Origin: Octopus sinensis | Lineage: Eukaryota | NCBI RefSeq assembly: GCF_006345805.1 | Contig: NC_043002.1 | Location: forward strand, 119,474,001 to 119,538,000 | Reading direction: 5' to 3' | DNA: 64,000 nucleotides | Shown here: positions 12,571 through 25,565 of the stretch, one piece after another | Layout of the letters: each line of letters begins with the position of its first letter | How positions within the stretch are numbered: the stretch's first letter is position 1 | Made by a program: the position numbers and the translations under genes | Notes under the pieces: model-generated | Databases searched by the model: none | What the model saw: only the letters and a program-made list of their open reading frames with translations | Told to the model about the DNA's origin: nothing

Positions 12571-13282
12571 CGTCTCCGATATCAGTAACCATTGAGGTAA
12601 TTCTCCATGTGCTTGCCCATGTGATAATTTCTTGTATTAGATTTCATCGCACATTGGGATGATTGACTCAAAGCGGCTGACAAAGCATCTTCAGGAAGAA
12701 CACAATACGCATATTTTTCAAACATATACTTGAAAATTACTTTTCGTACTATTAACTTCATCTTAGGAGATGAAACGATGTTTCTAAATAAATCGGTCTC
12801 ATCCTGTAGGGTATACTGACGCGTTGATATGAGTTAATGACTAAGTAAATAGGAGCGTAGTTTAGAAATATAATACTTCCAGTTTGAATCCAAATGGTTG
12901 CTTGTACATATCAGGGAGTATGATCGGAGTATATATATATATATATATATAACAGTACTTGGAGAAGAAGAACGGAACGAAACGAACGAATCGAATCGAA
13001 TCGACGCGAGGGTGCTGTCATACAATAGTGTAATAAATAAAATATATGCATACATACATACATATATGTACGTACCTACATCTACAAGTATACATACATG
13101 CATATATAAATATATATACGTGAGTACAGGACACCACAAATAGACGTAGAACTCAACGAGAAACGAAAACGGAAAAACAAGCATGGAACAAACCATTTTT
13201 TTACAACAGAAAAACAGAGTACAAGACAAACTACACAAGGAAAAATCCCCTTCATCAGCTGTATATATATATATATATATAT

Positions 13283-13537
13283 GAGTGGTTGTATACTGTC
13301 ATCTTAACGTGACAGTCCCGTATGGGAATTACACCACTGCTGTTTAGCCCTAGGAAGCATCGAACGCTACCTGTCGGCTTTGACACATTTTCTGTGTCCT
13401 TAGATTTGTGAAGGAGAGGTAAGCACCCCTACCAACCAAGATTTACACCTGAGGACATGCATGTTTCTGGGTCTTAACCCGTCATCAGCCCAGGATAGTG
13501 AGATCTGCTGATTGAGGTGCCTGTCCAGCCTTCACAA
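13283..13537 (-). mobile_element. Small hammerhead-bearing Penelope-like element between (TA)n tracts
   Basis: Contains the HHR at 13448-13494. About 150 bp are homologous to the palindrome arms at 17366-17749. Confidence 0.65.
13448..13494 (-). ncRNA. Type I hammerhead ribozyme candidate
   Basis: CCTGGG-CTGATGA-C-GGGT-TAAG-ACCC-A-GAAA-CATGCATG-TC|CTCAGG. It has a 6-bp stem I, a palindromic stem III (ACATGCATGT) and a GUC triplet, with a C.A mismatch at the base of stem II. Confidence 0.7.
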
Positions 13538-13649
13538 ATATATATATTTACGGTGAAATCTATTCACTGGTTACCGTAATCAGAAATATTAAATTTCTAA
13601 ATGTCTCATATACATACATACATACACACACACACACATATATATATAT

Positions 13650-13678
<29 letters not shown>

Positions 13679-13681
<3 letters not shown>

Positions 13682-14823
13682 GTATGTATGTATATAGCGA
13701 AAACAAATAGTTTCAACTTTAAAGATAAAGTTTGGAGCTAAACCATCATAATCTTGTTAGCATCAACTTGTCCCAAGCATTTAATACATAAAAGATTTAC
13801 AAATAGAAAGCTACTAGAAAAAGTAACAGTAAAATACTCCATAAAATCAGACACACAGTTCACAGAGTTAAAACCATTCTTCATCGACAAATATTCAGTT
13901 GAACGTCATTCTTGATGCTTATTTGGCAATTGTTCTTTATTGCACCAAGCAAGAGCCCTGGGTGTTGTTCTTGATGATAACGAGTTCTGTAGGTCCAAGT
14001 CAACCCTAATAATGCAGACCTATGATCAGGGCTGAAATTTTGGGGGAGGGGTCCAGTCGATTAGACCGACCCCAGTACACAACTGGTATCTAATTTATGG
14101 ACCCCGAAATGATGAAGGCAAAGTCGACCTTGACGGAATGTGAACTCAGAATGTAAAGACAGACAAAATACCACTAAGCATTTCGGCCGGTTTGCTAACA
14201 TTTCTTATTTCTTTATTGCCCACAAGGGGCTAAACACAGAGGGGACAAACAAGGACAGATAAACGGATTAAGTCGATTACATCGACTCCAGTGCGTAACT
14301 GGTACTTAATTTATCGACCCCGAAAGGATGAAAGGCAAAGTTGACCTCGGCGGAATTTGAACTCAGAACATAAAGACAGACGAAATACCGCTAAGCATTT
14401 CGCCCGGCATGGTAACGTTTCTGTCAGCTCGCCGCCTTCTTATGATCAAAAATATTTAAGCTGCGAACACAGTGTTTTTGAGGTGTGCATAAGGCTGATG
14501 AGCTAATGTAATCTTTCATCATTTAAGATGGTAGTGTGCGATATAAAGGAATTATGCACCATTTCTTACTGACTGGTAGGAATATATAGAAATTCCTCTT
14601 TAACTCAAGGCTGAATAGTTCATATACATTCAAGCAAAGAGAACAATGCTAACGAGTCTTGATATTGAGTACTCATTACTTGGAACATTTGATAATTTGA
14701 AGAATCCATATCGATAACTTATAAAAATCTGACAGAAAATGTTTAGTCATATTTTCAACATATGCACGTACATACAAACAAACATATACACGCACAAAAC
14801 CGGAACGAAGACATACACACACA

Positions 14824-14854
<31 letters not shown>

Positions 14855-14875
14855 CACAACACACACACACACACA

Positions 14876-14932
<57 letters not shown>

Positions 14933-16089
14933 GTATGTATGTATATAGCGAAAACAAATAGTTTCAACTTTAAAGATAAAGTTTGGAGCTAAACCATCAT
15001 AATCTTGTTAGCATCAACTTGTCCCAAGCATTTAATACATAAAAGATTTACAAATAGAAAGCTACTAGAAAAAGTAACAGTAAAATACTCCATAAAATCA
15101 GACACACAGTTCACAGAGTTAAAACCATTCTTCATCGACAAATATTCAGTTGAACGTCATTCTTGATGCTTATTTGGCAATTGTTCTTTATTGCACCAAG
15201 CAAGAGCCCTGGGTGTTGTTCTTGATGATAACGAGTTCTGTAGGTCCAAGTCAACCCTAATAATGCAGACCTATGATCAGGGCCGAAATTTTGGGGGAGG
15301 GGTCCAGTCGATTAGACCGACCCCAGTACACAACTGGTATCTAATTTATGGACCCCGAAATGATGAAAGGCAAAGTCGACCTCGACGGAATGTGAACTCA
15401 GAATGTAAAGACAGACAAAATACCACTAAGCATTTCGGCCGGTTTGCTAACATTTCTTATTTCTTTATTGCCCACAAGGGGCTAAACATAGAGGGGACAA
15501 ACAAGGACAGATAAACGGATTAAGTCGATTACATCGACTCCAGTGCGTAACTGGTACTTAATTTATCGACCCCGAAAGGATGAAAGGCAAAGTTGACCTC
15601 GGCGGAATTTGAACTCAGAACGTAAAGACAGACGAAATACCGCTAAGCATTTCGCCCGGCATGGTAACGTTTCTGTCAGCTCGCCGCCTTCTTATGATCA
15701 AAAATATTTAAGCTGCGAACACAGTGTTTTTGAGGTGTGCATAAGGCTGATGAGCTAATGTAATCTTTCATCATTTAAGATGGTAGTGTGCGATATAAAG
15801 GAAATTATGCACCATTTCTTACTGACTGGTAGGAATATATAGAAATTCCTCTTTAACTCAAGGCTGAATAGTTCATATACATTCAAGCAAAGAGAACAAT
15901 GCTAACGAGTCTTGATATTGAGTACTCATTACTTGGAACATTTGATAATTTGAAGAATCCATATCGATAACTTAATAAAAATCTGACAGAAAATGTTTAG
16001 TCATATTTTTAACATATGCACGTACATACAAACAAACATATACACGCACAAAACCGGAACGAAGACATACACACACACACACACACACA
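13679..16089. repeat. Tandem duplication, 1,251-bp period, bounded by (CA)n(TA)n
   Basis: GCGAAAACAAATAG occurs at 13697 and 14948. The copies differ by about 5 transitions and 3 single-base indels. Confidence 0.95.
14020..14438 (-). mobile_element. Two adjacent SINE family C copies (duplicated at about 15271-15690)
   Basis: Two successive family C central motifs and heads, repeated 1,251 bp downstream. Confidence 0.8.
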
Positions 16090-16207
16090 CTCATGTCAGT
16101 GTCTGTGTACATGTACAAACATATATATATACGTGAATCTACACACATATCTATGTATATATATACATACGTATATGTGTATATATATGTTCAAATATCC
16201 ATATCTG

Positions 16208-16420
16208 TTTCCTTATTGCCCACAAGGGGCTAAACACCGAGGGGACAAACAAGGACAGACAAATGGATTAAGTCGATTACATCTGGTACTTAATTTATCG
16301 ACCCCGAAAGGATGAAAGGCAAAGTCGACCTCGGCGGAATTTGAACTCAGAACGCAACGACAGACGCAATACCGCTAAGCATTTCGCCCGGTGTGCTAAC
16401 GTTTCTGCCAGCTCGCCGCC
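16208..16420 (-). mobile_element. SINE family C copy with internal deletion
   Basis: Tail, central motif and head (CTGCCAGCTCGCCGCC) are present. GATTACATC is joined directly to TGGTACT. Confidence 0.8.
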
Positions 16421-16431
16421 TCAAATATCCA

Positions 16432-16550
<119 letters not shown>

Positions 16551-17067
16551 GTGTGTATATGTGTCCGTGTATATGATGTGTGTGTGACTGCGCGCGTGCG
16601 TACTTGTTTCAAATGGGTTCCGACCGCTGCTAGAGACGTTACCTCTTTATTTATCAGAACCGCTTATCTACAATAATGTTTATCTATCGGTCTTTAGTAA
16701 TGGCAGGACTTGCAAGAATGATAGACGGATATTCAGATTTACAGCGCTGTCTATCTTTTGCTACGTGCACGCAATACAATATACTGAGATATTCGTCCGT
16801 CTCTTTAGAGAAAGCGGATGACATATAGGCAAACTGTTCAAATGAATAATGTATAATGATCTTTCAGTGCAGCAGCATAACCATTTTCTGACAAACGTTC
16901 ATCAATATAAACCTCTGCCACAAACCACATAACAGACAACAAATACCACACACCATAAACTATATACCACAGAATGTAGACTAATTCAGCGATTGGCTTC
17001 GAGAAGTTTAAGAGTTAGAAGCAGTAATAGTTTGTGCAGCCCAAGTAATATTCTTATCATTCCCAAT

Positions 17068-17160
<93 letters not shown>

Positions 17161-17291
17161 CCTATCTATCTATCTATCTATCTATCTACCTATCTATCTA
17201 CCTATCTATCTATCTATCTATATATATATATATACATACGTATATATATATATATATGTATACATATATACATACATACATATATACATAC

Positions 17292-17365
<74 letters not shown>

Positions 17366-17372
<7 letters not shown>

Positions 17373-17749
17373 GGTTGTATACTGTCAATCTAACAAGAAC
17401 GTGACAGTAGGGGGTACACCACCGTTATATAGCCCTAGGAGGCATCGAACGCCTCCTGACAGCTTCGACACATTTTATCCTGTGTCCTTATATACACATA
17501 CGAAGGGGAGACAAACACCCCCAACCGCCGGAACTGCATCTAGGGACACCGTGTTCAGGATCACGGTGTCCCTAGATGCAGTTCCGGTGGTTGGGGGTGT
17601 TTGTCTCCCCTTCGTATGTGTATATAAGGACACAGGATAAAATGTGTCGAAGCTGTCAGGAGGCGTTCGATGCCTCCTAGGGCTATATAACGGTGGTGTA
17701 CCCCCTACTGTCACGTTCTTGTTAGATTGACAGTATACAACCATTATAT
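17366..17749. repeat. Near-perfect palindrome: 188-bp arms, 8-nt loop, 1 mismatch
   Basis: 17366-17553 is the reverse complement of 17562-17749. Loop is TTCAGGAT. The only mismatch is CCGCCGG versus CCACCGG. Confidence 0.95.
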
Positions 17750-17798
17750 CGCTCCACCACCGTACACCTCTCTACGAGAGATTTAGAAACTCAATATT

Positions 17799-17864
<66 letters not shown>

Positions 17865-18747
17865 ATATATACATGCATACGCATACACATGCATATATTA
17901 TGCCTAGAGTGCGTGCTGCTTTGATTTTCGTTTCAGAGAGCTGAAGAAGTATTTTGTCTGGATTACAAATCCTTTATTAAAAATCCAACCATAAAATAAT
18001 TCTGCTATCAAATTTCTGAGAAATGCGTTGAGGACGTTGCTTGCAACGAACCGTTTCTCTTTTTTATGTGTATTTTTCCTTTTTCGGTTAATCATACCCA
18101 TACATATATCAATATATGTACGTTGAGGGATAAATAACTGGTGTTTGGAAAATTTCTAAATACGTCATCATTAAGAACTTAGAATAAATATTGTGTTAAC
18201 CCACATCTCTATGTTACGCAATATTGTTGTAAATATACATCCGTAATCCTGTCCAACAATAAATAATTTCACTAATGGGGTAATAACTGCGTTCACCTAA
18301 TACAAAAAGCGCAGCAATGTTGTATGGCCGCTTGGTTTTGATCCAGATATATTGAGAAAGCAAAAATGTTTGAGATGGAATACATTTCAGCGATCTCAGC
18401 TGTCCTTTAGAATTTGAATCTAATGTAATCGCTATAAACTCTCATTCTTAGCTAATTAAAAGCAACGGAGATATTTCGATGTGAATCCACGCTACAATTC
18501 TTTTGAAATAAAATCCAATCTAAATTACTCTTGTTGCTCACTCAAGATGAGTTTCTCAACGAATGAATTTCTTATTCCGTTTCTAAATCAACAGCATCCA
18601 CAATATTACTCGCTTTCCATGTAACTCGCTTTCCATTCGCTTCTAAATCTCTAACTCTCTATTCCCTATTACATGGAGAGAGAGAGAGAGAGGGGACTAA
18701 GAGAAAGTGAGAGAGGGGGAGAGAGGTAGAGGGAGAAGGAGAGAAAG

Positions 18748-18795
<48 letters not shown>

Positions 18796-18938
18796 TAATA
18801 ATGGCAGTGGTGGTAGTGGTGTTGATGGCGGTGGTGTTGATGCAAGTGATAAGAAAATGCGGTGAAATGATAACGGTAATAAAAATAAAAATAATAATAA
18901 TAATAATAATAATAATATTAATAATAATAATAATAATA

Positions 18939-18970
<32 letters not shown>

Positions 18971-19030
18971 TAATAATAATGATGATGATGATGATGATGA
19001 TGATGATGGTGATGATGATTAGAAGAAGAA

Positions 19031-20325
19031 GACAAAGAAAGAATATCTGCGGCGATTGAGAAAAATATTGAATTTAAAACTGAATGCCAGAAATCTAATT
19101 TCGGCTTGGCACTGGGATACTGAATCTGACAGAGGAATCTCTAAAGGAGTTGAACAGAAAGGCAAGAAAGTGCCTAAGAATGCCTGGAGTCCATCATCTG
19201 TGTGCAGACACTGATTGCCTATACACGATGAGATAAACTTGCTGGAAGGGGACTGATAAGTGTGGATGACTGTGAGCATATCAAATTTGGGAACTTGCTG
19301 GGGTGTCTATCCCAGTGTGAGGAAATCTTGCTAGTGGTAGTTACAGATGAGGGCGCATTGAAAGCAGAAAAAAAGAAAGAAACAAAACAAAAAGTACTAG
19401 AAGGACATGAAGAACACTACACAACAAGGGACCACATAATCACTTCCATGTATCTACAACTGATGTTTCTGGAGAAAATAGATGGGGCTGGCTGAAGAAC
19501 GGAACGCTGAAAGAAAGACACTAAGAGCACAATACTGGCAGCGCAAGACCAAGCTTTGGCCACAAATGGAGGGACACCTTAAGAATGAGCAAGTGTCTCT
19601 GCTGTGCTGGGTCTGTAACGAAACCATTGCCCATATCGTGAAGAAATTCTCTTGGCTTACTCGTAACTAATATAATGTGTGGCGCCACGATGAGGTAACA
19701 AAAGTGCTACATTGGACATTGTTTGAAAAGTGGGGCTAGAAAGAGGCAAGACCTGGTATAAGCATAAACTACAGAGAGTGGCGGAGTCGGAGACCCGCAA
19801 AATCCTGTTGATTTCCCAATCCAAACGGATCAGATGCTAGACCTAGTGGTGGGGGACAAGGTGAACCACGTGTGCTATATAGTTGATGTTGCGTGCCCTT
19901 TTGAACCACAAATAGTTAAGAAGGAAGGCGAAAAGAGAGGCATATACAACTCTCTTAAATACGAAATAGCTTGATTGTGGAAAATGAAGAAGGTGAAGAT
20001 GGTGCCAATTATGTTCAGGTCCTAATGGACAGTGTCAGAAGGCATCAACGGAATATAACGGAAATGGAAATAGAGTACCAGTAGAACTGTTCCAAATGGT
20101 TTACCTCCTTAGCACAGCCAGAATCATCAGGAAAATAGCTAAGAGGAACAGAAAGCACTGTACTGTAGGCTGCAGGTATCAAACCTTCTACTCATGAAAA
20201 AAATGAACGAACTAGTGAGTTTAGTTTAATGGCCTACCAATGTATACTATGAGTTTCTTTGCTCTAGGAGTCGGGAAGACACTTGGCAAGAAATGGAAGC
20301 AAATTTGAAAGAAGAAGAAAAACCC
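19031..20325 (+). mobile_element. Heavily degraded R4/Dong-like LINE 3' portion plus 3' UTR
   Basis: KKEYLRRLRKILNLKLNARN, ETIAHIV...RHDEVTKVLHWTL and LLSTARIIRKI. The UTR at 20190-20325 matches 41560-41905(-) and ends in (TAA)n. Confidence 0.7.
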
Positions 20326-20329
20326 ATAA

Positions 20330-20375
<46 letters not shown>

Positions 20376-20447
20376 TAATAATAATAATAATATAATATAA
20401 TAATAATAATAATAATAATAATATAATAATAATAATATATAATAATA

Positions 20448-20507
<60 letters not shown>

Positions 20508-20509
<2 letters not shown>

Positions 20510-20985
20510 GAGCATGATGATAGAGCTGCACAATATATTCACTGGGTAATTTGCAAAAACCTGTATTTGCCCCATGAAAAAAACTGGTGGGAACACAATC
20601 CACCTCCAGTGCTTGAAAATGACCACATCTCACTCCTCTGGAACTTCACCATTCAAACTGACAGAAAGATAGATGCGAATAGGCCAGACATTATATTGAA
20701 AGGCTTCAGACAAAAATCATGCCTCCTCATTGATATGACTGTCCCAATCGATACAAACGTATCTGTCAAGACCTACCAAAAACTGAGTAAATATAAAGAT
20801 CTTGAAATAGAAATCAGCAAAATGTGGAACCTGAAGACTAAAACAATACCAAAAAAACCCCAAATATATGGCATACTAGGCATAACAACAACGTGAACTT
20901 CCAACCTGTTGTCTCTTGAGGTCTCTGGGTGAGACTTGGAGCCAACTTGTACAAACATAAAGTAAAAGTCAAACATAGAATAGTA
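20508..20985 (+). mobile_element. R4/Dong-like LINE 3' fragment (RLE domain, internally deleted) in (TAA)n
   Basis: RAAQYIHW...ANRPDIILK..CLLIDMTVP..KLSKYKDLEIEISKMW. The 3' UTR matches 52047-52170(-). Confidence 0.85.
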
Positions 20986-20997
20986 ATAATAATAATG

Positions 20998-21047
<50 letters not shown>

Positions 21048-21107
21048 TATTATTATTATTATTATTATTATATTATTATATTATTTATTATTTATTATAT
21101 ATTATTA

Positions 21108-21143
<36 letters not shown>

Positions 21144-22174
21144 GATAATACTAGTAATGAAATCAGATATAACAGTAATGCTAATGATAACAATAACAGC
21201 TATAATAACAACTAGTGTGATCTGTGGAAATTCCAGAGAACGAAAAAAGATTAAGAGAAGGTATTTAAAAAAGAAAGGATTCGCATTTTTATTCTGATAA
21301 GTTATTTCACTTCCAGTCACAATAATATATTATATTTTAAGATTTCCCTCTAAAAACCACTTTATACCCCTCTCTTTCTCTCTTCCTCTTCAACAAACAT
21401 TTTAATCTTGTAATTCCAGTCTGCATGTTTTGAGCATTTCTCTCTTTCTTTTCACCGCTCACTTCCACACACACACTCTCTCTCTCTCTCTCTCTCTCTT
21501 AATGTAAACTGCATCTCGTGCCCATCTCTCTTTATCTGCCGTTCTTTAAATTCACCACCAGAACATTACCCTCTGCTAAATATTGTATCCTATCGCTTTC
21601 TTTTTACCTTTCCCTCTTCACCCTACAGCACGTCGTAAACACTTCTCTCTTCTTTTCTCTCACTGTCTTTTCTCGTCCTTCGCCTCTCCCTCCAACCACG
21701 TAACGCATTTGGCCTTATTATACCTCCTTCTCTACTTCTTCTTCATTTCTTTTTTTCTACTCACACTCTTCACTTCTCTCTCCCCTACTTTTACTCCACC
21801 TCTCACTAACTCCACCTCCACCTCTCTAATTAACTAAAATATAACAGGCGAACGAACACGTAGATTCTTATACAGGCTAGTGGGACCCGTGTAATTTCCA
21901 CGGAATGAAAAAAAATAACACAACCCATTTAAGAAAGGACAATCTGCGTTTTTAAAGCATTCATAGTTTAGCTTTCTCCCTCTATTTCTCTCACCGTTTC
22001 TCTCGTTCTTCGCCTCTACTTTCAGCTGACCACGTATTAATATTAATCACCTCTTTCTACTGCCACCTCTCTTCTCCCCCCTACCCTCTCTCTTTCACTC
22101 TTAGTCCACCTAACACTTACTCCACCTCCACCTCTCTAGCTAAAGTATAACGGGCGAACGAACAAGTAGATGAT

Positions 22175-22380
22175 TTCAAATTCTGACACAAGGCCAGCAA
22201 TTTTGTGGAAAGGGGTAAGTTGATCACATCGATCCAGGTTAACAACGAATACGTATTTCATCGACACTGACAAGTTGAAAGGTAAAGTTGACCTTGATGA
22301 AATTTGAACTCAGAACGCAAAGACAATGAAATGCTGCTAAGCATTTTGCCCGGCGAGCTAACGATTCTGCCAGCTCACTA
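22175..22380 (-). mobile_element. SINE family C copy (diverged)
   Basis: TTTGAACTCAGAAC...GCTAAGCATTTTGCCCGGCGAGCTAACGATTCTGCCAGCTC. Confidence 0.7.
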
Positions 22381-22413
22381 AGTTAACAACAAATGAAACA
22401 GCTGTAAGTCTAT

Positions 22414-22799
22414 GTGGAAGCACTCCGTCGGTTACGACGATGAGGGTTCCGGTCGATCCGAATCAACGGAACAGCCTGCTCGTGAAATTAACGTGTAAGT
22501 GGCTGAGCACTCCACAGACACGTGTACCCTTAATGTAGTTCTCAGGGATATTCAGCGTGACACAGAGAGTGACAAGGCCGGCCCTTTGAAATACAGGTAC
22601 AACAGAAACAGGAAGTAAGAGTGAGAGAAATTTGTGGTGAAAGAGTACAGCAGGGATCACCACCATCCCCTGCCGGAGCCTCGTGGAGCTTTTAGGTGTT
22701 TTTGCTCAATAAACACTCACAACGCCCGGTCTGGGAATCGAAACCGCGATTCTATGACCGCGAGTCCGCTACCCTAACCACTGGGCCATTGCGCCTCCA
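22414..22799 (-). mobile_element. SINE family B1 with 12-bp TSD
   Basis: TSD CTGTAAGTCTAT at 22402-22413 and 22800-22811. Confidence 0.9.
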
Positions 22800-23627
22800 C
22801 TGTAAGTCTATAGTGCACAAATAAATGTATAAATCCTATTACTTATGCCTTTACACACACACACACATATATATTGTCCATATTAATGCATATCTGTACG
22901 TATATATTGTCATACACGTAGATAGGTGGACGCAGGCATATTCGTTTATACATATGTGCCACACTAACAGGTTTATGTACCTCACTTCCATCAAAAGCCA
23001 TAGAAAACGAAATTATACCATCGTACATAACTGTAACAGAAACCATTACAGTCCATATGTCCGAATGATTTCTAAGTAGACATGTTGAGGAGCTTTTTGC
23101 GTATGTTTTCGCCATGAGTTAAGTGTAATTAGATTTTATTCACATAGTTTTCTCACTTTCATGATTCCAACAGAATTGGACTGATTTTAGTTGTTGGAAA
23201 TGGTTTTAAGAAAAAGTGGTTCTTTAACTGTAATATTTATCACCTAAGGTATTTCTTTAATATTTTTATTACTATTTATTGAAATATTTCTTTGATATGT
23301 GAAGTTGCTCGATATATGCAAAAACAGAAAGAGAGAGAGAGAGTATTTGGGACAGTTTAGAATATTCTGAAATATAGGACATAAGGAGAAAGAGAAGGAA
23401 ATATGAATACAAAGCTAAAGGAGACAGATAGATAGAGAGAGAAGATAGATAACGAATGGATGTAAGTTTTAGTGCGCGCATGTGTGTATATGCGCGCACG
23501 CGTCTGTGTGTGCGTGTGTGTATAGTCGTGTATATGTGCGCGCATGTATAATGCATGTATTTATGGACAGGAGACAGAGAAAAACCAATTAGGTATGACA
23601 AAAAGTAGAGAAAGTTTAAGAGAAGGG

Positions 23628-23685
<58 letters not shown>

Positions 23686-24254
23686 AAGAGAGTGAAAGAG
23701 AAATAGAGAAAGAGAAAGGGAGAGAGAGTAATTGAAGGAGTGTAATAGAGAGAAAGGTATTCACGAGTTTGGGTGTGTGTAGTGTGAATGTATCTTAGCA
23801 AAATAGATGGTTAAATATACGAGATAAATAAGTAAACGTAATAAATAAGTTAACTCCAGATACGAAGGAGCGATATCTCAAGTATCACGAATTCACTCTA
23901 TAGCCTTATGCTGATGACAGGTAAATGTTCCTTGAGATAACATTTAGTGCATCCCCACGTCAAAAAACAAAAAAAAAACAAAACAAAAAACAACCCAGAT
24001 TAGAATTGGAACACAGGAAGTTGGTTTTATAATCTTTAGAAGCTTCTTTCGCCTGAAAAAAACACAGAATTTAAAGCCCTTCCTACTACATCGGTCTCGC
24101 CCCCCCCCCACCGTTCCGTTTCCTTTGTGTTGCTATATGTGGATAAACTCGCTCAGTCATTCTACATTTCGTATAAATGGCAGATGAAACATGCAGTACC
24201 TCGTACACACACATACACACACACTCACACACATATATATATATATATATATAT

Positions 24255-24546
24255 CACCGTGATCACCGTGACCGACCAGACCATCAGATGTTGCTACACA
24301 TCGCTGGTCACAATGCGTTCGCATTGTTTTAGCCTTCGAATGACGCCACCCCGCTGGCTAAGCGAGCAGGCCAACAGAAGAAAGAGTGGTGAAAGAGTAC
24401 AGCAGGGATCACCACCCCCTGCCGGAGCGTCGTGGAGCTTTTAGATGTTTTCGCTCAATAAACACTCACAACGCCCGGTCTGGGAATCGAAACCGCGATC
24501 CTACGACCTCGAGTCCGCTGCCCTAACCACTGGGCCATTGCGCCTC

Positions 24547-24548
<2 letters not shown>
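24255..24548 (-). mobile_element. SINE variant B2 (B head, different 3' tail)
   Basis: Shares the B head and central part but ends ...CTGGTCGGTCACGGTGATCACGGTG into (TA)n. Same tail at 60031-60331. Confidence 0.8.
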
Positions 24549-24579
<31 letters not shown>

Positions 24580-24816
24580 ACACATATATATATATAAAGT
24601 TAATCCAAACAAGAAAACAAAAAGACAACAACGCGAGGATGTGGAACAAATAAAGTATTATTGGGCGCTCAGGAAAAAAGGGAAGAAGCGGATTTTTTTT
24701 GATAATAATAATATGACAACAATAGAATGAATGAGACCTCCATAATATGTAAATAGAGGAATTATAAATATAATTATATAATCATATAATTATAAATATA
24801 AATATAATTATAAATA

Positions 24817-25470
24817 TAATTGCTCTTAAATGTGGTTTTGGTCGTTTTGACTGCTTCTTCTAGCGTGTAAAACTACCTGTTTCGGGTAGTTTCTCTTGTG
24901 TTTAAATGTACACTATCTTATATTAAGAATATGTCTTTTGGATTTTTTTATACATGCTAGGCTACTGGTAGTGAATTTCTAAAAACACTCGCTACTCTGT
25001 ATATTTTACGTATATGATTTTAGCATTTTGAAGATTAGTTCGGTATTTTTCATTTGTTGCCGACTGAAACTGCGCTTGCGCGGTGATTTTGAAAAGTTAT
25101 AGCATATAATGATGAGACGCGTGTTATTTGTCCCTAAATTATATGTTATGGCGCGGTTACTGATGAGAATTTCGCCTAGATAATTATTTTATTTGCTAAA
25201 TAAAATTCGAAACCTGGGTATAACCGTAAAAAAATAACAAGGTAAAAGTTTTTATTCTTCGTTCCCTTCAAAATTGCTCTTAAATGTGGTTTTGGTCGTT
25301 TTGACTGCTCCTTCTAGCGTGTAAAACCACACGTTAAAGGTAGTTTCTCTTGTGTTTAAATGTACATATTTTATATTGAGAATATGTTGTCTATTGACTT
25401 TTTCATGCATGCTAGGCCACTGGTAGTGAATTTCTAAAAAAGCTCGCTACTCTGTATATTTTACGTATAT
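24817..25470 (+). mobile_element. Retrozyme/pLTR-like partial dimer: ~200-bp direct repeats at ~454-bp period enclosing a hammerhead
   Basis: 24817-25014 is a diverged match of 25271-25470 (AATTGCTCTTAAATGTGGTTTTGGTCG...CTACTCTGTATATTTTACGTATAT). The HHR lies at 25153-25227. Confidence 0.7.
25153..25227 (+). ncRNA. Canonical type I hammerhead ribozyme
   Basis: GCGGTTA-CTGATGA-GAATTT-[30 nt]-AAATTC-GAAA-CC-TG-GG-TA|TAACCGT. All core nucleotides are intact, with a 7-bp stem I, a 6-bp stem II and predicted cleavage 3' of 25220. Confidence 0.85.
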
Positions 25471-25479
25471 ATATATGTA

Positions 25480-25565
<86 letters not shown>

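Noticed and set aside
13220-13260. Minus-strand CTGATGAAGGGG near 13252
   Set aside because: Penelope-like in feel, but lacks the GAAA and NUH half.
14495-14530. CTGATGA at 14495 (and its duplicate near 15747)
   Set aside because: No stem II followed by GAAA downstream.
23911-23945. CTGATGA at 23911
   Set aside because: A weak CAGG/CCTT hairpin follows, but there is no GAAA and no stem I or III.
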